Shown here in pieces: positions 47,135 to 58,975 of a stretch of 64,000 nucleotides of DNA (position 1 is the stretch's first letter; every line of letters begins with the position of its first letter). The notes below the pieces were generated by a model, which was not told where the DNA came from, made no database searches, and was given only the letters and a program-made list of their open reading frames with translations. Location of the stretch: positions 5,642,001-5,706,000 of the forward strand of contig CATNEN010000002.1 in the NCBI GenBank assembly GCA_950097015.1. The letters are read 5' to 3'. The translations under genes and the position numbers were made by a program. The DNA is from Macrostomum hystrix. Lineage: Eukaryota > Animalia > Platyhelminthes.

Positions 47135-48875
47135 GCTGGCTCAGAATTGACTGGCTGAGAATTGACTGGCTGAGAATTGACTGGCTGAGAATTGACTGGC
47201 TGAGAATTGACTGGCTGAGAATTGACTGGCTGAGAATTGACTGGCTGAGAATTGAGTGGGTGAGAATTGACTGGCTGAGAATTGACTTTGTGAGAATTGA
47301 TTGGGTGAGAATTGACTGGCTGAGAATTGACTTTGTGAGAATTGATTGGGTGAGAATTGACTGGCTGAGAATTGACTTTGTGAGAATTGACTGGCTGAGA
47401 ATTGAGTGGGTGAGAATTGATTGGGTGAGAATTGACTGGCTGAGAATTGACTTTGTGAGAATTGACTGGCTGAGAATTGACTGGCTGAGAATTGACTGGA
47501 TGAGAATTGAGTGGGTGAGAATTGATTGGGTGAGAATTGACTGGCTGAGAATTGACTGGCTGAGAATTGACTGGCTGAGAATTGACTGGCTGAGAATTGA
47601 CTTTGTGAGAATTGACTTTGTGAGAATTGAGTGGGTGAGAATTGACTGGCTGAGAATTGACTGGCTGAGAATTGACTTTGTGAGAATTGACTGGCTGAGA
47701 ATTGACTGGCTGAGAATTGACTTTGTGAGAATTGATTGGGTGAGAATTGACTGGCTGAGAATTGACGTTGTGAGAATTGACTGGCTGAGAATTGAGTGGG
47801 TGAGAATTGATTGGGTGAGAATTGACTGGCTGAGAATTGACTTTGTGAGAATTGACTGGCTGAGAATTGACTGGCTGAGAATTGACTGGATGAGAATTGA
47901 GTGGGTGAGAATTGATTGGGTGAGAATTGACTGGCTGAGAATTGACTGGCTGAGAATTGACTGGCTGAGAATTGACTGGCTGAGAATTGACTTTGTGAGA
48001 ATTGACTTTGTGAGAATTGAGTGGGTGAGAATTGACTGGCTGAGAATTGACTGGCTGAGAATTGACTTTGTGAGAATTGACTGGCTGAGAATTGACTGGC
48101 TGAGAATTGACTGGCTGAGAATTGACTGGCCGAGAATTGACTGGCTGAGAATTGACTGGCTGAGAATTGACTGGCTGAGAATTGACTGGCTGAGAATTGA
48201 CTTTGTGAGAATTGACTGGATGAGAATTGAGTGGGTGAGAATTGATTGGGTGAGAATTGACTGGCTGAGAATTGACTTTGTGAGAATTGACTGGCTGAGA
48301 ATTGAGTGGGTGAGAATTGATTGGGTGAGAATTGACTGGCTGAGAATTGACTTTGTGAGAATTGACTTTGTGAGAATTGACTGGCTGAGAATTGACTGGA
48401 TGAGAATTGAGTGGGTGAGAATTGATTGGGTGAGAATTGACTGGCTGAGAATTGACTGGCTGAGAATTGACTGGCTGAGAATTGACTGGCTGAGAATTGA
48501 CTTTGTGAGAATTGACTTTGTGAGAATTGACTGGCTGAGAATTGACTGGCTGAGAATTGACTGGCTGAGAATTGACTGGCTGAGAATTGACTGGCCGAGA
48601 ATTGACTGGCTGAGAATTGACTGGCTGAGAATTGACTGGCTGAGAATTGACTGGCTGAGAATTGACTTTGTGAGAATTGACTGGCTGAGAATTGACTGGC
48701 TGAGAATTGACTTTGTGAGAATTGACTGGCTGAGAATTGACTGGCTGAGAATTGACTGGCTGAGAATTGACTGGCTGAGAATTGACTTTGTGAGAATTGA
48801 CTGGCTGAGAATTGACTGGCTGAGAATTGACTTTGTGAGAATTGACTGGCTGAGAATTGACTGGCTGAGAATTGA
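47135..48875 (+). repeat. 15-bp minisatellite (GAGAATTGACTGGCT)n with interspersed variant units, ~1.7 kb
   Basis: Strict 15-bp period; gives the spurious RIDWL and SQSIL ORFs. Confidence 0.97.
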
Positions 48876-49259
48876 CATGGAAAGCTTAGACTCAGATGAG
48901 AACTGGGTTAGTGGCACGTTGTAATGCATTTCGAATTTATTATTATTTATCACCGCATTTCAAATTGAACTTGCAAAGTCCCAAACACCCATGATCTTTA
49001 CATATCCTTTGTGCGCCAGCGAATTCGCTAATCTTGGAAATTCAGCTGTAGTGAGTAAGCGACAATCTGAGAGAGATGGTTTCGCAATTCGGTTTCGCTG
49101 CCTTGGCTGTGAGTCGGACTGCTAATTCCTCACAACCCCTGTACCCATTGTTCGTTATTGTTCCTTGGGCGATATTGTCTGAGAATGCTCGCGGCTGCAA
49201 AGTCCCGGGACTTAAGGAACGGTCGTTGATTTAGTCTGCACGGCGCCAAATTTTCTCCT

Positions 49260-49370
49260 CACTGCCAATCCACGCATGCAGGCGCTCGACCAATCAGCTA
49301 TCAGCTGCATTCCTATTGGTTGTTGAAGTTGGGACGAATTCGCTAACAAATGTGATATATATCCTACAGT
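49260..49370 (+). promoter_or_regulatory. Putative promoter of the forkhead gene (three CCAAT boxes, TATA-like motif)
   Basis: CCAAT at 49265 and 49290, ATTGG at 49315, GATATATAT near 49354, all 80-180 nt upstream of the ATG at 49447. Confidence 0.35.
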
Positions 49371-49446
49371 TCAAACTGCCAGTTCTGATATCTATACCAA
49401 CTCAAATTTAATAAGTGCCATCTGTAGCTCACGTGTTCCATCGGCA

Positions 49447-51486
49447 ATGGAGTCTGATCATGTGTACAACAGTCACTGGTGAGTTTCTGAAATATTTTTT
49501 CAGCATCAATTTTTTTCTTGAACTGTCTTTCTTCGTCTCTCATTTTTGCTGTCAATCTATACTCAATCTCACAGCCTCTCTCTCAATCTCACAGCCTCTC
49601 TCTCAATCTCACAGCCTCTCCTTAAATCTCACAGCCTCTCCCTAAATCTCACAGCCTCTCCTTAAATCTCACAGCCTCTCCCTAAATCTCACAGCCTCTC
49701 TCCAATCTCACAGTCTCTCTCTCAATCTCACAGTCTCTCTCAATCTCACAGCCTCTCTCTCAATCTCACAGTCTCTCTCTCAATCTCACAGCCTCTCTCT
49801 CAATCTCACAGCCTCTCTCTCAATCTCACAGCCTCTCTCTCAATCTCACAGCCTCTCCCTAAATCTCACAGTCTCTCTCTCAATCTCACAGTCTCTCTCT
49901 CAATCTCACAGTCTCTCTCTCAATCTCACAGCCTCTCTCTCAATCTTACAGTCTCTCTCTCAATCTCACAGTCTCTCTCTCAATCTCACAGTCTCTCTCT
50001 CAATCTCACAGTCTCTCTCTCAATCTCACAGCCTCTCTCTCAATCTCACAGTCTCTCTCTCAATCTCACAGTCTCTCTCTCAATCTCACAGCCTCTCTCT
50101 CAATCTCACAGTCTCTCTCAATCTCACAGCCTCTCTCTCAATCTCACAGCCTCTCTCTCAATCTCACAGCCTCTCTCTCAATCTCACAGCCTCTCCCTAA
50201 ATCTCGCAGCCTCTCCTTAAATCTCACAGCCTCTCCTTAAATCTCACAGCCTCTCCTTAAATCTCACAGCCTCTCCCTAAATCTCACAGCCTCTCCTTAA
50301 ATCTCACAGCCTCTCCTTAAATCTCACAGCCTCTCCTTAAATCTAATACTTTCTTCTGTCTCACAGTATCTCTCTTTCAATCTCACAGTCTCCTAAATCT
50401 CTGCCTCAATCTCATAGTTTCCTTAACCTCACAGTATCTCTCCCTTCATCTAATGCAGAACCACCCTTCGCCCTTGATTTGCCAGCTTTGACAGCAACGA
50501 GTCCTCTTCCGAAGCGTGTCCAATTCTGACTGCAGCTGGGCAACATTATCACGGCGCACAGCAGCAGATGCTGCCGCCGCCACCGCCTCAGCAGCGTCTG
50601 GAGCAGCTGCGAAGGCCGGGCATGTCCTACGTTGCCATCATCACAATGGCCATTAGGAGTTCGCCAAACGGTCAGATTGCATCCACGATGCAGCCTGTAT
50701 TTGTTTGTTTTCGTTCACTTAGACTAGATAAATCTACTTTAACTAAATTACTACTTAAAGTAGAACGACGGGTTACTACGTTTCTACGTTTATAAATGGG
50801 AAAATATATACACGATGGCTTTTTTGACATTGAAAATGCAATAATTTATTTTTAGAATTCAGAAACTACTTGTTTTTTGCTGAATGAGTCCGTAGTCCTA
50901 GAAAACTAGTTCAAATCCATTCTCGATCCCCAACCACAGGCTGCATGACACTCAGTGAGATCTACGACTTCATGCGCTCCCGCTGGCAGCATTTTCGCGA
51001 CTCCGACAATCCGCGCCGTTGGCAGAACTCCGTGCGACACAATCTAAGCCTGAACGACTGCTTCCAGAAGGCTGGGAAGGCGCCTAGCGGCAAGAAGGGC
51101 CACTACTGGCGTCTGCATCCGCTGGCCGTCGACATGTTCAGCTCTGGGTCGCCTCGGCGACGCGCCAGAAAGTTCCGATCGGCATCGGCAGCCAGTGGAC
51201 AGGCGACTCCGCAGCAAACCGAGGTGCCAAACCTGCCCAGTTGGATCTCTCCGCCGCAGCAGCAGCAGCAGCTCCCTGCAGCTACGGTGACTTCTGCTGA
51301 GACGCCGCCTCAGTTTGAGTCGCCCGCAGCGACAGCAGCAGCTGCAGCAGCAGCAACCGGTGCGCATTTTAGCTATGCAACAGATGGCTACGGCTATGGC
51401 TATGCTCACGGCTATGCGAACTCAAATGGGTACACTCCAAGCCATCAATCTCAGCAATACCCTCTATATCAGCAGCATTATTATCC

Positions 51487-51529
<43 letters not shown>

Positions 51530-51763
51530 GATCATCTGTCAAGCGAGCCCAGCGCCTATCCTTGGTCCTGGGCTGCAGCTGCAGCCGCCGCCGCCGCCGC
51601 CACCGCCACCGCAGGCGCTCCTTGGTGGCTTTTGCCGCACCCGAGTTCAGCTTATTATCAGCACTATCAGCAGCAGCAGCAGCCGCTGCGTGCAGATCCG
51701 GTGGCGTCTCCGGCCACCCCACCAGAGTCTGTGCAGTACAGCGAACATTCCTGCGGCTTCTAA
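49447..51763 (+). CDS. Forkhead-box transcription factor (FoxA/B/AB-like, best guess FoxAB)
   Basis: join(49447-49478,50486-50670,50940-51763) = 1041 nt. Domain RPGMSYVAIITMAIRSSPNG|CMTLSEIYDFMRSRWQHFR...RWQNSVRHNLSLNDCF...GHYWRLHPLAVDMFSSGSPRRRARKFR, then a Q/A/Y-rich tail. Confidence 0.9.
49560..50345 (+). repeat. 20-bp minisatellite (CAATCTCACAGCCTCTCTCT)n
   Basis: Fills Fox intron 49479-50485. Confidence 0.96.
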
Positions 51764-52601
51764 TTAATTTCAAAATTTCAACAGAACATTTTTTGAACCT
51801 GTCCTTTGCATCTACTTACATGAGATTACGATAGTAGTATTGTACGCATTTTTGCTGTTAGCTTTTTTGAAATCGTAAATTTATTTGACGTATAGTATGT
51901 TACGGAGTTAAATAATGGCCACAACACGAGTGCGTGTATTTTCAAGTGTAAGACTCTTTTCCGATTTTGCTTTGTGGCTCAAGTCTTTGTTCCTCGATCG
52001 CTCATAGATGCTGCTGTTCGTTCTTTGTGTTGAATTTTTTGCGATTCGAACTCACGACCTTGTTTCTTGTTTCTTCAACGATTAACTTTGCTCGAATTTG
52101 TCACTTTGTTGCGCTTTTTTGCTATTTTTCAACTCACTCGCAGAGAACAAAATGAAATATTTCTAGCTAAATACACTTCACTATTTATATAATAGCACCG
52201 CTTTAAAAGTGTTACTATTTCTGGTTTAATTTTTATTTACGCAAATCATACTGCTGTCGAAAAATTAGAATAATGGTGGTTTTGGCTAATTAAAATTTGA
52301 TCTTTTGAAAAAATGTGGGGAATTCTCAACACGATTTCAAGAATAAAAAAATTTCACGTAGGCTTGAGTGATTGTAAATAGTGATCAACATTGATTCCAC
52401 ACATGGAGACTATACTCATGCATGTGTCGTCATTAGCAACCATCGTTGGAGCGTCCTAAATAATTAATCTCAGGCACTGAGATTTCTGTCGTAAGTACAC
52501 TTCACGAGGTTTTTAGGATACTTTTGTGTCACACTGAGCTGTATTCTGTCAGTCTTCAACCAGGATATTCAACACTGAACTCTGAGTAAATCTACGGCAG
52601 C

Positions 52602-55600
52602 ATGTCTGGTGGACTGTGGGCCTGCAGCAGTCACGTCTGCGCGATTTTCCTCATTGTCATCAACGTGCTGGCAATGGTGAGCTGTGTGATGGAAGTGACA
52701 ATGGAAGTAGAATAGAAATGGAACTGAGGTGGAATAGAAATGGAATGGAAGTGGAAATGATATAGAATAGAATTGAGATGGAAGATGATATTTTTTATCG
52801 TCCGTGCCTAATCTTAATCTCATGCTGATCTCTTTTATGATTTCTCATGTCTTCCGTATGTCATTTATATAACACAATCTTCCCCTGTCTCATCTCTCCT
52901 GTGTCTCTCCCCTGTCTCATTACTCCCTTGCCATATCTCTTCTGTGTCTCTCCCCTGTCTCATCTCTCCCGTGCCTCATCTCTCCTGTGTCTCTCCCCTG
53001 TCTCATCTCTCCTGTGTCTCTCCCCTGTCTCATCTCTCCCGTGCCTTATCTCTCCTGTGTCTCTCCCCTGTCTCATCTCTCCTGTGTCTCTCCCCTGTCT
53101 CATCTCTCCTGTGTCTCTCCCCTGTCTCATCTCTCCTGTGTCTCTCCCCTGTCTCATCTCTCCCGTGCCTCATCTCTCCTGTGTCTCTCCCCTGTCTCAT
53201 CTCTCCTGTGTCTCTCCCCTGTCTCATCTCTCCTGTGTCTCTCCCCTGTCTCATCTCTCCTGTGTCTCTCCCCTGTCTCATCTCTCCTGTGTCTCTCCCC
53301 TATCTCATCTCTCCTGTGTCTCTCCCCTGTCTCATCTCTCCTGTGTCTCTCCCCTGTCTCATCTCTCCTGTGTCTCTCCCCTGTCTCATCTCTCCCGTGC
53401 CTCATCTCTCCTGTGTCTCTCCCCTGTCTCATCTCTCCTGTGTCTCTCCCCTGTCTCATCTCTCCTGTGTCTCTCCCCTGTCTCATCTCTCCTGTGTCTC
53501 TCCCCTGTCTCATCTCTCCTGTGTCTCTCCCCTGTCTCATCTCTCCTGTGTCTCTCCCCTGTCTCATCTCTCCCGTGCCTCATCTCTCCCCTGTCTCATC
53601 TCTCCCGTATCTCATCTCTCCCCTGTCTTATTTCTCCCGTCTCTCATCTCTCCCCTGTCTTATTTCTCCCGTCTCTCATCTCTCCCCTGTCTTATTTCTC
53701 CCGTCTCTCATCTCTCCCCTGTCTTATTTCTCCCGTCTCTCATCTCTCCCCTGTCTCATCACTCTTAGAGACGACAACGGAAATGAAAGATGAAAGATTG
53801 CGAGCTCATTCTTCTCCTCAATAACCCTCTGATTCTGACCCAATGCCAGGTGTTTTCGTCATTGCTGCTTCTGCTGGGTCTTCTGTTGCTGTGGGGTTAC
53901 CAGCTGATCACTGCCCTGTACCCGGCTGCTCTGTACCAGCTGGATCACCTGAGCAAGCAGCTCAACTCCGCTTTGGGCAGCTCCGATATTGACGCCAGGC
54001 GGTTGCTAAGCGGCGTAGCAACAATGACAACACCGGCCGGGGCGGCGTGTCTCACGCTGGGACTGGTTGTCATGGCAACCGCTTGCTTGGGTTGTTGCCC
54101 GGCCTCGTGTTGCCAGCAGAAGCGCAAGAAGGCATTGATTGCGGTAAAACAATAAGATTTGTTACTGTACACCTGGGTTCGGCAACCTTTGCATGCCTCG
54201 CGGGTCAAAGTCTAAAGTAGAAGTTCAGAAATTTGGACCTTAGGGGCAGAAAGAAAGGGGAGAGATGCGACACATGAGAGATTAGACAGGTGAGAGATGA
54301 GACACGGGAGAGATGAGACACGGGAGAGATGAGACACGGGAGAGATGAGACACGGGAGAGATGAGACACGGGAGAGATGAGGCACGGGAGAGATGAGGCA
54401 CGGGAGAGATGAGGCACGGGAGAGATGAGACAGGGGAGAGATGAGACACGGGAGAGATGAGGCACGGGAGAGATGAGGCACGGGAGAGATGAGGCACGAG
54501 AGAGATGAGGCACGGGAGAGATGAGACAGGGGAGAGATGAGACACGGGAGAGATGAGACACGGGAGAGATGAGACACGGGAGAGATGAGACAGGGGAGAG
54601 ATGAGACACGGGAGAGATGAGACAGGGAAGAGATGAGACAGGGTAGAGATGAGGCACGGGAGAGATGAGACAGGGGAGACACGGGTGAGACACGGGAGAG
54701 ATAAGGCACGGAAAATATGAGACACGGTAGAGATGAGACACGGGAGACACGGGTGAGACACGGGAAGATGAGACAGAGGAAAGATGAGACAGGGGAGAGA
54801 TAAGACAGCGGAGAGATGAGACAAGGGAGAGATGAGGCATGGGAAGATCCTGAGAGATGAGACATGGAAAAGATGAGACACGGGAGAGATGAGACAGGGG
54901 AGAGATGAGACACGGGAGAGATGAGAGACAGGAGAGATGAGACACGGGAGAGATGAGGCACGGGAGAGATGAGGCACGGGAGAGATGAGGCACGGGAGAG
55001 ATGAGACAGGGGAGAGATGAGAGACAGGAGAGATGAGACACGGGAGAGATAAGACACGGGAGAGATGGCACACGGGAGAGATGAGACACGGGAGAGATGA
55101 GACACGGGAGAGATAAGACACGGGAGAGATGACACACGGGAGAGATGAGACACGGGAGAGATGACACACGGGAGAGATGAGACACGGGAGAGATAAGACA
55201 CGGGAGAGATGACACACGGGAGAGATGAGACAGGGGAGAGATGAGACACGGGAGAGATTAGACACGGGAGAGATGACACACGGGAGAGATGAGACACGGG
55301 AGAGATGAGACACGGGAGAGATGAGAGACAGGAGAGATGAGACACGGGAGAGATGAGACAGGGGAGAGATGAGACACGGGAGAGATGAGACACGGGAGAG
55401 ATGAGACACGGGAGAGATGAGACAGGGGAGAGATGAGACATGGAAAAGATGAGACACGGGAGAGATGAGACAGGGGAGAGATAAGACACGGGAGAGATGA
55501 GAGACAGGAGAGATCAGACACGGTAGAGATGAGACAGGGGAGAGATGAGACACGGGAGAGATGAGATACGCCAACATGTATCTTGAATTTTATGCCTTAA

Positions 55601-57099
55601 AAAGCCTCAGGTTCTCAGAAAATCACTCAAACTTGACGTGTTTTTTGTCCAAAGCAAAGCAAAGCAAAGCAAAACTTGTTGAACCTCTTGAAATTGCAGT
55701 ACATGATCATGGTGATTGTGATATTCGCGGTGCAAAACATTGCTCTACCGGGTATTATTTGCTTTTACTAACGGCCAACAGGTAAAATTTTGCATTTGAA
55801 ATATGATTATTTAAATCTCGAGGTTTTAGTTAATTCCAGGTATTACTGTACAGTAGATGCACGATAATTTTTCCAGCTCAAAGACTGGGGACGCAATGGA
55901 ATGAAATCAAGTTTGGCCAAGTTCACCGGCATCGACTGCTCAAACCTCGAGTCGCTGCTCGCCAATCTGATGCAGATATTTGTCGGTTGCTGTGGAGTCA
56001 CTAACGGCACGGATTTCTACACACTCAGCACTGGATGGAAACGCGAAAGGACAGCGAAAACAAGCTCAGGAAATTTCACTTACAGTGAGACTTTTGGGAG
56101 GCTGGTAAATGGGAAAATGTTTGAAAGGCTCCTGAACCTTGCTTTTTGCAGTGTCTCCGCAGCGAGCGATGAGGCATTTCTTCCCATTTCGTTGACACCT
56201 GAGACCACACTCACAACAGGTGTGTACATCTGCCCTGACTTTCTCATCGTGAGGCAGTGTACAATCTCACTGTGCCTTGGAGGTTGGCCCTCATGACAAG
56301 CCCCCAGCCTTCTCTCCATGAAATGAATGTGGCCATTGCCGCGGAATCGAGCTCAGGCACCATGGTGCGAGGGGCAAACGCGTTAGACTGCTGTCACCCA
56401 CCGCCTTAATTACCTACGACATTCCGCAGACATGACCTACCCAGTCACGTGCTGCAAGTTCAATTTAACCAGCCTGGAGCCAATCGATGCCTACTGCAGC
56501 TACAACAACACGAACTCCGCCACCAGCTGGTACCAGACTGGCTGCTTCGACAAGCTGCTCTCACTGGCTGAGTCTGCGCTCAATCTAAAAGCGGTCGTGA
56601 TCAGCATCGTCTGTATTCTCCTGACGCAGGTGCGAGCGAGAGATCGATAAATCGATAGAAGATCCATAAAGGCTGGTGCACATTCCCTCACCCTCTATCC
56701 CAGCTGCCACTTGAAACAGGAAGACTGTACATTCCCTCACCCTCTATCCCAGCTGCCACTTGAAACAGGAAGACTGTACATTCCCTCACCCTCTATCCCA
56801 GCTGCCCCTTGAAACAGGAAGACTATACATTCCCTCACCCTCTATCCCAGCTGCCCCTTGAAACAGGAAGACTGTACATTACCTCACCCTCTATCCCAGC
56901 TGCCCCTTGAAACAGGAAGACTGTACATTCCCTCACCCTCTATCCCAGCTGCCCCTTGAAACAGGAAGACTGTACATTCCCTCACCCTCGGATAAAAAAT
57001 ATTAAATTTCAGCTTCTGTTAGTTCTCGGAGCGGCAATAATGATCAGAACTCCAACTAAAGCCAGGACAGCCAAGGTGGCACCGGCGCCTACCCAGTGA
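52602..57099 (+). CDS. Tetraspanin (apparent 1-nt frameshift in exon 3)
   Basis: Exons 52602-52676, 53850-54143, 55700-55781, 55877-56084, 56430-56629, 57013-57099. Four hydrophobic segments, ACLGCC after TM2, large loop with GCCG, PVTCC and QTGCFDKL. Total 946 nt (3n+1). Confidence 0.85.
52880..53760 (-). repeat. Minisatellite (CTCCCCTGTCTCATCTCTCCTGTGTCT)n, reverse orientation of the GAGATGAGAC family
   Basis: Tetraspanin intron 1. Confidence 0.95.
54265..55567 (+). repeat. 16-bp minisatellite (GAGATGAGACACGGGA)n
   Basis: Tetraspanin intron 2; same unit as 16333-17873. Confidence 0.95.
56156..56400 (-). mobile_element. tRNA-derived SINE, family 2, copy B
   Basis: Reverse strand: GGGTGACAGCAGTCTAACGCG (box A-like), GAGCTCGATTCC (box B-like), then the core shared with 40144-40438; lies in tetraspanin intron 4. 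Confidence 0.7.
56670..56990 (+). repeat. 49-bp minisatellite, ~6 copies (CATTCCCTCACCCTCTATCCCAGCTGCCCCTTGAAACAGGAAGACTGTA)
   Basis: Tetraspanin intron 5. Confidence 0.95.
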
Positions 57100-57354
57100 C
57101 ACGATGGACTCATCACCAGGAATCAGATGTGATTGCGCAACGCATGAGTTGATAATTAACAATAATTTCAATCAGAACTCAATTTTATAGTTTATCAGAA
57201 CTCACTTACTCATAATGCAAATTGTGTCTGGATATCAATTGCACCTTTAATCTACAAGCACTCACTAACTAAAATATTACATATAAATACTATTTTATTC
57301 ATACTAAATATATTAAAATAAATACTATTTTAACTATAATAGTAATACGATAAT

Positions 57355-58975
57355 ATAGACAGGCTTCAGAATATCCCAACCTAGATATGACTAGCTTTAG
57401 AATCTTCCAACCTAGATTGGCTTCAAAATATCCCAACCTAGATATGACTGGCCTCAACATCTCCCAACGTAGATAAGACTAGCTTCAAACTATCCCAACC
57501 TAGATATGACTCGCTTCAACATCTCCCAACCTAGATAAGACTGGCTTCAAAATATCCCAACCTAGATAACACTGGCTTCAATTATCCCAACGTAGATACG
57601 ACTGGCTTCTAAATATCCCAACGTAGATATGACTGGCTTCAAAATATCCCAACGTAGATACGACTGGCTTCTAAATATCCCAACGTAGATATGACTGGCT
57701 TCAAAATATCCCAACGTAGATATGACTAGCTTCTAAATATCCCAACCTAGATATGACTAGCTTCTAAATATCCCAACGTAGATATGACTGCTTTCTAAAT
57801 ATCCCAACCTAGATATGACTAGCTTCTAAATATCCCAACCTAGATATGACTAGCTTCAAAATATCCCAACGTAGATATGACTGGCTTCAAAATATCACAA
57901 CGTAGATATGACTGGCTTCAAAATATCCCAACGTAGATATGACTGGCTTCAAAATATCCCAACCTAGATATGACTGGCCTCAACATCTCCCAACGTAGAT
58001 AAGACTAGCTTCAAACTATCCCAACCTAGATATGACTCGCTTCAACATCTCCCAACCTAGATAAGACTGGCTTCAAAATATCCCAACCTAGATAACACTG
58101 GCTTCAAAATATCCCAACGTAGATACGACTGGCTTCTAAATATCCCAACGTAGATATGACTGGCTTCAAAATATCCCAACGTAGATACGACTGGCTTCTA
58201 AATATCCCAACGTAGATATGACTGGCTTCAAAATATCCCAACGTAGATATGACTAGCTTCTAAATATCCCAACCTAGATATGACTAGCTTCAAAATATCC
58301 CAACGTAGATATGACTGGCTTCTAAATATCCCAACCTAGATATGACTAGCTTCTAAATATCCCAACCTAGATATGACTAGCTTCAAAATATCCCAACGTA
58401 GATATGACTGGCTTCAAAATATCCCAACGTAGATATGACTGGCTTCAAAATATCCCAACGTAGATATGACTGGCTTCAAAATATCCCAACGTAGATATGA
58501 CTGGCTTCAAAATATCCCAACGTAGATATGACTGGCTTCAAAATATCCCAACCTAGATATGACTGGCCTCAACATCTCCCAACGTAGATAAGACTAGCTT
58601 CAAACTATCCCAACCTAGATATGACTCGCTTCAACATCTCCCAACCTAGATAAGACTGGCCTCAACATCTCCCAACCTAGATAAGACTGGCCTCAACATC
58701 CCCCAACCTAGATAAGACTGGCTTCTAAATATCCCAACCTAGATATGACTAGCTTCAAAATATCCCAACCTAGATAAGACTGGCTTCAAAATATCCCAAC
58801 CTAGATATGACTAGCTTCAAAATATCCCAACCTAGATATGACTAGCTTCAAAATATCCCAACCTAGATATGACTAGCTTCAAAATATCCCAACCTAGATA
58901 TGACTAGCTTCAAAATATCCCAACCTAGATATGACTGGCTTCAAAATATCCCAACCTAGATATGACTAGCTTCAC
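57355..58975 (+). repeat. 31-bp minisatellite (CTTCAAAATATCCCAACCTAGATATGACTAG)n, ~1.6 kb
   Basis: Between the convergent tetraspanin and fem-1 3' ends. Confidence 0.96.

Noticed and set aside
47007-48953. 648-aa SQSIL and 636-aa RIDWL pentapeptide-repeat proteins
   Set aside because: A 15-bp array lacking stops by chance; open on both strands, with no credible start or unique domain.
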